A DNA stretch of 41,873 bases from a virus. Positions 26,647-37,900 of this stretch are shown piece after piece (the first letter of the stretch is position 1; every line of letters starts with the position of its first letter). The notes below the pieces were generated by a model that had not been told where the DNA came from, did no database searches, and saw only the letters and a program-made list of their open reading frames with translations. The stretch is taken from the IMG/VR virus record IMGVR_UViG_3300022777_000088, one strand, 5' to 3'. Both the position numbers and the translations under genes were made by a program.

Positions 26647-28764
26647 ATGGCACGCACGCAAGTTCCCGAAGAAGATGAGAGAGTCGCGACAGTTTCCGAC
26701 CTGAAAAACGTTACGCCCCGGCCGAAAGCCGTTATGCGCACCGAAGGAGAAACCGTTTCGGATGACGGCCTCAACAACTGGTACTGGTGGGACCCTTCAG
26801 GCGACGCCGCAAATGCTGACGGCACCACGATCATCGAGTCGAACGTCTCCACATATGGGGACGGCGGCGCCAACGAAGGCGTATGGCGAAGAATGGTCAA
26901 GCCCTTTTCTGAGCAGACGACTGACGACTTGAGTGAGGGTTCGACGAACGAATACTATACCGACACAAGGGCACGAGGCGCCTTGAGTGCAGGAAGAGGG
27001 ATAAACTACGATTCTTCAACGGGTAGCTTTTCAAGCATGCTTGAGGGAGACTATGAACTTGCTTCCACGGCGGGGGCGACCGAAGAGACATTTTCGTTTT
27101 CGAGCGTTCAAGAAGGGGTTGCTTACAATGGCGACGGCTCAAAGGCATTCACGGTGGGAGGATCCACTGTTCAGGAATACAACCTTTCCACAAACTACGA
27201 CTTCACGACCGCAGCGGTAGGAAACACGTTCGACGCCTCAAGCCAAGACAGCGACCTTCAAGCCATTTTCTTCAACGGCGACGGCTCAAAGATGTTTCTC
27301 GCGGGAGATGGAACAGAGTCGATTTATGAGTACACGCTTACTTCTTACGATATCACGACAGCGAGCTACAACAGCTCGTCCCTTGACGTAAGCACAGAGA
27401 TCGACATTCTTCACGGTGCGGCTTCAAACGCCGATGGCACAAAGTTCTACGGCCTTGACTTTGCGAGTGGGACGGTATATACCTATTCTCTCAGCACCGG
27501 GTTTGATACTTCGACGGGGTCTTTCGCGAGCACTTCGTTCTCGCCCTTTGGCTTTTCGTCAATCACAGACTTGGCAGTTGGGGACAGTGGAAAGAGGTTT
27601 TACCTCGCCGATCAATCAAACTCTGAAATCTTCGAGTTCTTCACGACATCAGCTTATGATATAACAAAACTTGCTGAATCATACAACCTCCAGACCATAA
27701 CAGGAACGCCAACATTCATCGGAGTAACCGATGGAACGAAGCTTCACTATGGAGACAGCGCGAATACGCAAGTTGCGCAACGGGACTTTCAATACGGAAC
27801 TTATAGCCTCGAAAACCTTGAAGGGCAACTCGCGTCTCTTCGCGAAAACACGAAAGCAAGGTTTTCAACAGCAGAAACAAACTTGCAGCGATCGAGCTTG
27901 ATCCGATTTCAAGCGGAAGCGAATGACGCGAAGCCTGCGATTGGATGGTGGGACTCTTCAGGAAACCGCATCGCTGCAATCACAGCACACGAACGGCTCA
28001 ATCAATCCACGCTTCACGAACACTACTCCATTGAAACTGCAGATTCCGCGGGATCACTTCAAACCCGACTTGAAGTTCCGTATGGAAACGACAACGTAAC
28101 AATCGAGACGCAAAACGCTGGCTTCAAGGTTTCGGCTGGAAGTGATTTTCAGGTCGGAGCGACCGCATCTGCAGATTCGACGGCAAACTTCTTTAGCGAC
28201 GTGTTTCAGTACGAAACCGGAGATGTCGGATTTGGCGATAAAGATTGGGCGGCAAACGGTTTGGAAGGATCGAACACGAAGTTTGAGTTCTACCGAAACA
28301 GCTCGACTGCACAACTTCTTGTTCACAATGACGACGGCAGTTCCGACGCTGTGCTCTACCTTCGAAGCGGAACGACCGATTGGAAGCTCGCCAACGAAAC
28401 CGAGAACATTCGGCTGTTCGACGACTTTACGAATAAAGGATTTGAGCTTACAGACGAGGGACTTTTCACTCTGGACGACAGTTGGCAGCGGCGGCTTTCA
28501 AACGTTTCTTCGGCTACGACAACAAGCGGACACGACTTCTACAGCGTTGATAGCTCTGGTGGCGCCGTTACCGTTACTCTCGCTTCTTCGGACGCGGTCG
28601 ACGGCCGTGTAATCCATGTGAAACGAAACGGCGCAAACACCCTCACGGTCGATACCGAAAGCAGCGAAACGATCGACGGATCTTCCTCCATCACAATCGA
28701 TCAAGACGACAACTCCGTGAAGCTCGTATACAACTCCACGAACACTGAATGGGAAATCTACTAA
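26647..28764 (+). CDS. Tail fibre/receptor-binding protein with a beta-propeller and a C-terminal T4 gp9/gp10-like module
   Basis: Shared N-terminal anchor, a TTDDLSEG motif, (F/Y)NGDGSK blade repeats and C-terminal YSVDSSGGAVTVTL...IDG...KLVY....WEI. Confidence 0.8.
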   Translation: MARTQVPEEDERVATVSDLKNVTPRPKAVMRTEGETVSDDGLNNWYWWDPSGDAANADGTTIIESNVSTYGDGGANEGVWRRMVKPFSEQTTDDLSEGSTNEYYTDTRARGALSAGRGINYDSSTGSFSSMLEGDYELASTAGATEETFSFSSVQEGVAYNGDGSKAFTVGGSTVQEYNLSTNYDFTTAAVGNTFDASSQDSDLQAIFFNGDGSKMFLAGDGTESIYEYTLTSYDITTASYNSSSLDVSTEIDILHGAASNADGTKFYGLDFASGTVYTYSLSTGFDTSTGSFASTSFSPFGFSSITDLAVGDSGKRFYLADQSNSEIFEFFTTSAYDITKLAESYNLQTITGTPTFIGVTDGTKLHYGDSANTQVAQRDFQYGTYSLENLEGQLASLRENTKARFSTAETNLQRSSLIRFQAEANDAKPAIGWWDSSGNRIAAITAHERLNQSTLHEHYSIETADSAGSLQTRLEVPYGNDNVTIETQNAGFKVSAGSDFQVGATASADSTANFFSDVFQYETGDVGFGDKDWAANGLEGSNTKFEFYRNSSTAQLLVHNDDGSSDAVLYLRSGTTDWKLANETENIRLFDDFTNKGFELTDEGLFTLDDSWQRRLSNVSSATTTSGHDFYSVDSSGGAVTVTLASSDAVDGRVIHVKRNGANTLTVDTESSETIDGSSSITIDQDDNSVKLVYNSTNTEWEIY

Positions 28765-28787
28765 TAACAACATAAACCAAAACAAGC

Positions 28788-31736
28788 ATGTCAAGAACTC
28801 TTCTCGTAGAAGAAGACAAAGATGAAATCGTTCGCTCCCGGCCAAAGAACTCGGAGCCGAAAACGTTTCTCACTGGAAACTTTGCAACGAAAGAAGATGC
28901 AGTTCAGGAAGCGTTGAACTATGCGTCAAACAACGGAGCTGGCAGTCGTGGATCAGTCTCAGTTTCGGAAGGTGTGTTTCCGTATGACATCTCCAATGTT
29001 ACTGTACCGGAAAACATAAAACTTCAAAGAGAGAATGAAGATGCTGACGAGTTCAACGTGAAAGCATACGGAGCCGGTGGCGAAGGAACGACGGATGACA
29101 CAGAGGCGATTACTCAAGCCATTGAAGACGCGAACAAGGCCGGTGGTTCTGTTCGTTTTCCGCTTGGAGATTACTTGATTACCGACGAGCTTCCGTATTA
29201 CTCCAACATGATTTGGAACGGGGACGGCCAGCCAGGTTCGGTTTCCCGTACCGCTAACGTCATCGAAACGGAAGACCAAGGGAACATATGGAAGGTGGTG
29301 ATCGCCGAGAATGATATTGTGAATCATAAGATGTATGACGGCGACCCCATTGAGTTCTTCGGGTTCAACGACGACGCAAACAACGGGCTGTTTTCGATTG
29401 ATGACGTCGACCCGCCGAACAACACGATTTTTGTGAACAATGAGAACGGGGTAACTGTTTCAAATCCTTCTGACGACGCTGGATCCCGGATCACATGGAA
29501 AGGTGGAGGATCAGCGCTTCGCCACAAACGACTCGATGACGGCGAAACTTTCACTCACGGCCGCTTCATTGACGCACGAGGAATCCGAAACTCTGGACTG
29601 AAGGGGCTTGGATTTATCGGATCCGGAATCAACGAAGTGTTTGGCGGCGGGATCCGAATCCGGCGGCCAGCCGATCGGTTTTCCTCTGAAGCGATTTCTG
29701 GATTGAAGTTCAACGACGTGCTTGTGGAACACATCCCCTCTGACGGTATTGAGATTGGTCAGGCTATATTTTCTTCATTCCGAAATATGAGGTTCGAGCG
29801 GTGTGTTGGAGACGGCTTCAAGTTTGCGCCCGAAGACGGTGTTGGCGGCGCTACAACAAGCTGTAAGTTTGACACGATATTCTTTCGGGGATGTCGCCGT
29901 GGCCTTGCTGCTGAAATCTTTGTGTACTGTTCTCTCGACAACATGGTTGCGGAAGGGTGTTCCATTGGGTATTACATGGAAAGAGCCATTGGATGTACCT
30001 ATAACTCTGACGCGTCGGAAACAATCAAGTTCGAGAGAGCTGGTGAAGGAAACGGGATCACATATCGCTTTGTTGATTCTTACTCTAACGTAGTGAATGG
30101 CGCCACCGTGTTCTATAACACAAACCTTGATGAATGGTCTAAAGGCGCAATCGAAATAATCGACACTGCAAAACGCGCAGAGTCTCAGATAGCCGATCTC
30201 AATCACGGACACATTCACGAGTCCGTGCAGGAAAGGATAAGATGCGTTGGTTCAGAGTGGGACGGCGCCAACGACGAAATCTTCTGGTGGCTGGACGTCT
30301 CGAATACCCCAGCATTTGAGCCAGCGTCGGCAGCCGATACAGACGGAGACTGGCTTCGAAACTCATTCATCAATGAAGGGGACATGGTTATCGGATATGA
30401 CCTTCCCCGTGACCCGCTTTTCAACGTTCCAAACCGATACAGGATTGATACGATTGATCGGTTCAACTTTGTTGCGAGCAACGCCGTAAGAAACTCGTCG
30501 GCTCCGGGGCCGAATGACGACTCAAGCCAAGGATTCGTCGAGTTTAGTGAAACCGATGGAGTGTGGATTGATGAAAGCGAGACTCCGGAAGAGCTTGGAT
30601 ACTATGTCTGCATTGACGACACTCAGGGAAGTGCCGAGTGGATTGAGTGGCAAAAGCTCTGGTTCTTTCAGGCCGACAGTCGAGGGCATAACAGAGACTA
30701 CCCGATCGAGTCTCTTCCGAATGATCCTCAACCTTACGTGGTCAGTGTCGGCCGACAGTATGGCGCAGATGTTATTGCTGATCAAACCTTTCGTTGCGCA
30801 GAAACAAACGTCAATAGCAATGGAAACTTAGAGGTTTGGATGGATGTTCAGGACTTTCAGCCGACAAACTACATAACCATCGTAAACGAAGATCCGTTCG
30901 GTGGAAATGATACGAGAGGGTTCAGCATTCAGGACAACCACCGCATGACCACAATCAACGGCGAAATGTATTGGGTTATCCAACTGATCGTGCCTTCTTT
31001 CCTTGAACAAGGGCACAACTGGTCGAACGCCTGGGAAAGTGTTTCGGGGGTTGAAACAAGATTCGACGAAAACGGTATTGACGTGACATTGGACGTCGAT
31101 TACGTCAAAGAAGAAGAATCGACCGGCAGCTTCCTTTTGGCAATCGACGAATCACAAATCGTCACCACGGCCGATACCGTTGATGTGTTCAACCCACGGC
31201 TCGGGGAAATGGAAGGAACATATGACACATTCATTTCTTCTCCACAGTGGGAAGACAGCAACCTGTCTTCTGGAACGCACCCGACAATCAAGATGACGCT
31301 TTCAGCCAACTTGGAGCCGGAAATCACAAGGCACATTGACGACGCGCTGATTCGCCTCAGCGGTTGGGACGCGGCTCCAGTTTCGGAAGTCAACATGAAG
31401 GGATTCGACGTTCCGATCGTATACGACCCCGAAGACACGATATATCCGGGAGGTGGGCGGCAACTTGAAGTGGACTTCCCATCTGGAACTCTTGAAGTGA
31501 CCCGAGACTTGACGATGGCCGAAATGTACAACTTCAAAGCCTTCGTTCCCGACAGCTTCACTCAAGTTCGGGAGAAGTCCAAAGACTCAAGCAGCTTCAC
31601 CCTCGAAAGAGATCAGGACAACGGAGACGAAACGGCAATCGTAAGAGCAGTTCGAAAGAAGAATCCAGGATTTGAAATGTGGAGAGGAAATCCAGCTTCC
31701 GGTGGAGACTTCTCACCAGACGATCCAAATCAGTAA
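28788..31736 (+). CDS. Tailspike / polysaccharide depolymerase-like protein (right-handed beta-helix)
   Basis: Pectate_lyase_3-type cap FNVKAYGAGGEGTTDDTEAITQAI.....GGSVRFPLGDYLI, followed by beta-helix rungs (DGI.I, F.N..F..C.GDG). Confidence 0.82.
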   Translation: MSRTLLVEEDKDEIVRSRPKNSEPKTFLTGNFATKEDAVQEALNYASNNGAGSRGSVSVSEGVFPYDISNVTVPENIKLQRENEDADEFNVKAYGAGGEGTTDDTEAITQAIEDANKAGGSVRFPLGDYLITDELPYYSNMIWNGDGQPGSVSRTANVIETEDQGNIWKVVIAENDIVNHKMYDGDPIEFFGFNDDANNGLFSIDDVDPPNNTIFVNNENGVTVSNPSDDAGSRITWKGGGSALRHKRLDDGETFTHGRFIDARGIRNSGLKGLGFIGSGINEVFGGGIRIRRPADRFSSEAISGLKFNDVLVEHIPSDGIEIGQAIFSSFRNMRFERCVGDGFKFAPEDGVGGATTSCKFDTIFFRGCRRGLAAEIFVYCSLDNMVAEGCSIGYYMERAIGCTYNSDASETIKFERAGEGNGITYRFVDSYSNVVNGATVFYNTNLDEWSKGAIEIIDTAKRAESQIADLNHGHIHESVQERIRCVGSEWDGANDEIFWWLDVSNTPAFEPASAADTDGDWLRNSFINEGDMVIGYDLPRDPLFNVPNRYRIDTIDRFNFVASNAVRNSSAPGPNDDSSQGFVEFSETDGVWIDESETPEELGYYVCIDDTQGSAEWIEWQKLWFFQADSRGHNRDYPIESLPNDPQPYVVSVGRQYGADVIADQTFRCAETNVNSNGNLEVWMDVQDFQPTNYITIVNEDPFGGNDTRGFSIQDNHRMTTINGEMYWVIQLIVPSFLEQGHNWSNAWESVSGVETRFDENGIDVTLDVDYVKEEESTGSFLLAIDESQIVTTADTVDVFNPRLGEMEGTYDTFISSPQWEDSNLSSGTHPTIKMTLSANLEPEITRHIDDALIRLSGWDAAPVSEVNMKGFDVPIVYDPEDTIYPGGGRQLEVDFPSGTLEVTRDLTMAEMYNFKAFVPDSFTQVREKSKDSSSFTLERDQDNGDETAIVRAVRKKNPGFEMWRGNPASGGDFSPDDPNQ

Positions 31737-31745
31737 TAACAACTT

Positions 31746-31943
31746 ATGAGCTACAACCAATCACTCGGATACGGAAAACTTGCGGCCACGTCGGTCGGAC
31801 AAAAATTTGATAAGGGGATTTCGGAAACCGAATTGGCAGAGGCGAAAAGGGTGATTTCTACTCGGGATATCGTTGTTGTACTTGGACAAACCGATACGAC
31901 CGGAGACGTCGGATACAATCTCACCTTCAAGCAAGAGTGGTAG
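31746..31943 (+). CDS. Small hypothetical protein
   Basis: Fills the gap between structural genes and has an A-rich leader. Confidence 0.65.
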   Translation: MSYNQSLGYGKLAATSVGQKFDKGISETELAEAKRVISTRDIVVVLGQTDTTGDVGYNLTFKQEW

Positions 31944-31997
31944 TTTTTCGATTGAGAGCATACTTATCATTGAACGCAGCAAGCATATCCTCCTGTT

Positions 31998-34900
31998 ATG
32001 GCAATTTTCCTAAAACGAAACGGCGCGTGGCAAAAGATTGAGGAGCCGTACATCAAGCGAAACGGCAACTGGATCTTGCCCGAGGAAGGGTACATCAAAG
32101 AGAACGGCCAGTGGAAGCTGATCTTCGAGCAGTTTGAGTTCGAGGTCGAGACCGTTTCCGCAAGCGAAGATATCAACACCGCCACGTTCACCGGACAACT
32201 CACAGCTTTTGAAGATTTTGAGGAGTCCAACTTTCTTCAGACCACGCTTACCGATGCTACGTCGAGTCCGGGCGTTGCTGTGGACGGAGACCGTCAAAAA
32301 GTAGCAGTCGGTGGCGGAGACGACACTGTTTACGTTTACGACAGGGACTTCAACCTTGAAGACACCCTCTCAGACCCCGCAAATCGGGTTCTTAGCTGTT
32401 CTTACAATACAAACAATGGAAGGCTTGCTGCAGGATCCGCCGACATGAGCGTGTACGTATACGACTCTGACGGCAACTTGGAGGCTACCTTGACCGACCC
32501 CGGCGGGGAAGTTAATGACGTCGTGTTCAACGAAAGCAATGGGCGGCTTGCAGTTGGAAGTGAAGACAACCAGGTATACCTTTACGACTCGAACCTTCAG
32601 CTCACAAACACAATCACGCAGTTCTCCAATCCTGTCAAAAGCCTTGATTGGAGGGAGTCCGACAACTACCTCTTCATTTCGGCCAACCCGGGAGCAGTCA
32701 CGGTTCTGGACACATCTTTCAACTCCGTCGATACTCTTACCGACGCCTCTGGCGAAACTCGTGTAGCAGTTGGCGACAACGACCGCATTGCGGTTTTGAA
32801 TTCACAGAAGATTTACATCTACACGAACAACTTCAGCCTTACTTCTGAGCTTACGGAGTTTGACGAAACGGCAAGCGGCGATCTTGGAGACGTGGCTTGG
32901 GACGACAACGGACGCGTCGCCCATGCGAGTCGCGACAGCAAAGTGTACATCTACAACTCCAGCTACAATAACATCGCGACGATCGACGACTCCGGTCGGC
33001 GGTTCTCGAAGATGGATTGGAGTGGACAGAATGACATTCTTGCCGCAGGTGCAGATGAAGGCGGGCAAGGGGATACGTACGTCATCTCTACTGGCGTCTC
33101 GGTGTTCTTCGAGTACGGCCAGCAAGGGCAAGGGCTTTCAAATCGAGTTCGGGCAGGCGGGCGCACGGCGCTTGGCCAGTTCTCCACAGACATTGACGGG
33201 CTTCAGCCTCTCACTTCTTACGAAATGCGAGCAGGGGGAGAAACCAGCGAAGGGCGCGAAGCCTTCGGTGACACGATTCTCTTCACCACGTCCGACACCG
33301 TTCTTCAAGTCGATACGCTTTCGGCAACGAACGTCTTCACAACGACAGCGGATCTTCGTGGGGAAATCACCGCGTTCGACGGGTTCAACCAAGACGCGAA
33401 CATTCGATTTGATTGGGGAGAGCAATCGGTCGGTCCTGTGAATACGCTCAACGCAGGAACGCAAAGCGGAACAGGATTCTTCCAGGAAGAGCTGACTGGC
33501 CTTACTGACGGGGAAACCTACGTGTTTGAAGCCGTCGCTTCTGCTGGATCCAAAGTTGAACGCGGCGGTGAAGTCACGTTCTCCACGACCGCCATTCAAC
33601 TCAACACGAATACACTCGGAGCAAGCGGCGTTCAAGCTCAGACTGCCACTCTCAATGGAGAGCTTACCGCATTCAGTGGATTTACACAAGACGCAACCGT
33701 TGAGTTTGAGTGGGGCGAGCAGGGAAGCGGCTTTCCGAACACAACGACAGCCGATCAAAGCCCACTCAGTTCGACGGGAACGTTCAGCGCCGTGATTGGC
33801 GATGATCAGGGAGAACCCGTTGATCCTGCCACACAATACGAATACCGGGCAGTTGCCGAAGCCGAAGGTGTCGTCGACACCGGCGGATTTGTGAACTTCA
33901 CTACACAATCGACAACCCTTACCGTACAGACCGATGCCGCGTCGAACATCAGCTTCGATTCAGCACAGCTCAACGGAACGCTTACCGCCTTTGATGGGTT
34001 TGTTCAGGGGACGACAGCAAACGTGAAGTTCGAGTGGGGCCAGCAAGGCCAGCCACTTTCAAACGTGGAAAACGCTGGAAACCTCAGCTCCACGTCTCCG
34101 TTCAGCTCAACATTGACGGGACTTCAAAACGGCACCACGTATGAATACAAGGCGATTGCTGAAGCCGGAAACAAGACGCGTGAAGGTTCGGTGGTTAGCT
34201 TCGACACCGTGGATGTGATCATCGACGTCACTACCGATCCCGAATCAAACGTTACGCAAACGAGCGCACAGCTCAACGGAACGCTCAACCAGCTTCAAGG
34301 CACGTCCTCGACGACAGCGAACTTCGCATGGGGGCAAGTTGGCCAAGGAACGCCAAACACGACCACAAACCAAACACTTAGCTCAACCGGGTCTTATAGC
34401 GCTTCGTTGAGCGGACTGCAGCAAGACACTGACTACGAGTACAAGGCACAAGCTGGAAGTGAAGAGGGCAACCTTGTTCAGTTCAGCACTTCACAGTTTG
34501 TCATCCAAATCGACTCGGCAACATACAGCTACACCGCTGGAGATCAGGTGACGTTTGGAGAGAGCGAAAACGTAAGTGTCACCGTATCCGGCACAGGAGG
34601 GCTTGACTTCGACTACGAGGTTCGAGAAATAGTCAATGGAACTAGTCAGGGAACAGTTGCAGACGTTTCCAACCAGTCCTCCACGACGTTCACGGCGAAC
34701 TGGAATGTCGGAGACTCCGCAAATACCAACGAAAGCGACTTCGACCAAGGAAACACGATCGCGTATGAGGTTGTCGTAACTGACGTAAACAATAACACTG
34801 ACAGCGACCAGTCTTCGGACGTCACTTATCAAGAGGCTCCGGCAATCAACGTTCCGAACTCCAAGTCGTTCTTTGCGCAAAGCGGAAACCAGCAAACGCG

Positions 34901-37900
34901 AGCAATCGATATTACCGAAGAAAGTGGAAAGGAAGACTTGACGATTGACAGCACGAACACTCAAATCGTTGGATCCGATCCAGGCGAGTTCACGTTTTCG
35001 AACCTTCCGGGAACCATTCCAGCGGGAACAACCGAAAGCGTTGACGTCACATACAGTCCAACTGCAGTCGAGACTGACGACGCTGTGTTCGAAGTTGCGC
35101 ACGACGGTCGAAACATTTCAAGCCCGGTGAACATTACGCTTGATGGAAGTGCGCAAGAAGTTCCACTCATTAGCGTTACTCCAACCAGTCAAGACTTTGG
35201 CCAAGTTGCCGTTGGAAACACGCCAACTCGACAGTTCACTGTTTCGGAGGATGGGGGTGATAGCAACCTCGTTATTAGCTCCACAACTCTCAGCGGTGAC
35301 GGTGAGTTCTCGATCACCAGCGATATTCCGGATAACACAACGATCAGCGCTGGCGGTTCCGATACGCTTACTGTCGAGTACGCGCCAAACCAAGGCGGCG
35401 AATCCAATAGCGCAACGCTTACCATCAACTCCGACGCCGACAACAACGGCAGCCTCGAAGTTTCCTTGGATGGTCAAGGCAAGTTCGTTCCAGCAATCGA
35501 CCTCAACCCAGATGGCACTCAAGACTTCGGAACGATCTCTACCGATCAGACAGACACGATCACCTTCACAATCAACGAAACCAGTGGTGATCAAGGACTT
35601 ACAATCAGCAACATTCAGACGACCGGAACAAACGCTGGCGACTTCGACCTCGGCAGCAACGTATCAACGATTGAATCGAACGGAGTGCCTGCTGGCGGAT
35701 CTGAGTCCTTCGATGTGACCTTTGATCCAACAGCAAACGGCGCCAGAAACGCGACACTCGAAATCGAGCACGACGGTCAAAACATTTCAAGTCCGATTAG
35801 CCGATCGCTTGAAGGTGACGCGACCACCGCTTCGACCATCGGAACTGCACCGGCAGAAGGTGACACGTTGGACTTCGGTTCGATTATCGAAGACGAATCG
35901 ACGAGCGACACGATCACCATTCAAGAAACCGGGGGCGCCAATAGCTTCACGATTGACAACATCAATGCAAGCGGAAACGCGTTCAACCTTCTCTCTTCCG
36001 GATCGATCGATCCGGTGGGCAACTCCGGACCATTCACCATTCCTGCTGGCGGAAGCGAAACGGTCGGTGTGGAGTTTGATCCGACATCGGATGGAAACTT
36101 CACGAACCAGTTCACCTTTGACCACACGGCAGCAGAGGGAGATGTGGATACGAGCGTGACCATTGACCTCACAGCAACCGCACAGTCGGTTTCCACGATT
36201 TCCACGAGTCCAGTGGATGGGGGAACGCTTGTGCTTTCGGCTACGTCAGGAAATAGCGATCAGGCAGACATCACCATTTCAGAAGTTGGCGGTGGAGAGA
36301 GTTTCGACGTCACCGGACTCAACCTTACGGACAACAGCTCCGAAGGAAATGCGTTCAGCATTCAAAGTTCTCCGGGGAACAACTTCACTGTAAATCCATC
36401 AACTTCCGAAACTGTCACGATTGCCTACAATCCAACGGACACGACGTCCGATACTGGAAGTCTTGATATTACGCACAACGCCAACGATGGGCCGACTAGC
36501 CCCGTTCAGATTGACATTTCTGGATCTGCTACCGCACCGGCGACCTTCGATATCAGCGCGACGACGCTCAACTTCAATGATCGGCTTGTTAGCAATAGCG
36601 ACTCCATAAGTGTATCGATTTCTGAAACAGGCGGGGATAGTGGATTCAATATCACAAACCAGTCAATCACGTCCAACTCTTCGGACTTCAACATCACGAA
36701 CAGTGCCAGCAGCTCGGTTTCAGCTAGTGGAAGCACCACTGCAACCGTCGAGTTCGCGCCGACATCGGTAAGCGGAAACTCCGAAAATGTGTCCGGAACG
36801 TTCACCATTGAACACGACGCACCGCAGGGGAACAGCTCTCCGGTCGACGTTTCTCTCAACGGAACGGCACTCAAACAAGCAACCGCTGCTCTGTCTACTG
36901 GATCGATTAGTTTTGGAAACGTAATTGAAGGAAACAGCGCGACAGATAGTTTCCAAATCCAAGAGACCGCCGGAAACGAGGATTACACGATCACCGGCTT
37001 CAATCTTACTGGCGATACCACTGAGTTTGATAATCAGCCGTCGCCGCAAGGTATATTTGCAGGATCCAGTGAAACCGTAACATCTGAGTTTACTCCATCA
37101 AGTGGAAATAATACAAACTTCAATGCGACACTCGAAATCAGCCATGACGCGGCAAACGGGCCGGATCCACTTACTCTTGATTTGAGTGGCACTGGAATCA
37201 CGCAAGTCACTGCAGCAGTGTCGCCACAAAGCATAGACTTCGGAACAGTGTTCGCTGATGCAAACACGCAAACGGAATCCTTCACTCTTTCCGAAACAAG
37301 TGGAAACGGTGGATACACAATCACCAGCACAACCGTCACCGGAGACGCCACTTCGGAGTACGGACTACAAAATGTTCCAAATTCGATTTCCAGCGGCGGT
37401 AGTGATAGTAGCGGAGAAGTTGTATTCGGTCCGCTTGACAGTGGAACTCAAACAGCGACAGCGGAAATCAGTCATGATGCTCCGGGCGGCGACGATCCAT
37501 TGACCATTGACCTCACTGCAGATGTTGAAGTGAAATCGACAATATCCCTCTCGACAACTAGTCTTTCATTCCCAGACACGATCGTTGGAAACTCGTCGTC
37601 TTCACAGTCCTTCACTGTTTCCGAAACAGGTGGGGACAACAGCTTCACCACAAGCAATGATGGCATTGCCGCACAAACCAGCACAGCTACAGATCAGTTC
37701 AACACTACCAATAGTGTCTCCAGTTCGATTTCTGCTGGAGGAAGTGATACCGTTTCGATTGAATTCACTCCAGACTCAACAACCGGCGGATCTTGGAACG
37801 CTACATACAGGTTTGATAACACTGCTCAACTTGGAAGTGAAAGCGGAACTGCAACCATCGATTTGAGTGGAACTGCTCTAGCAGATGCAAACATTACTGG

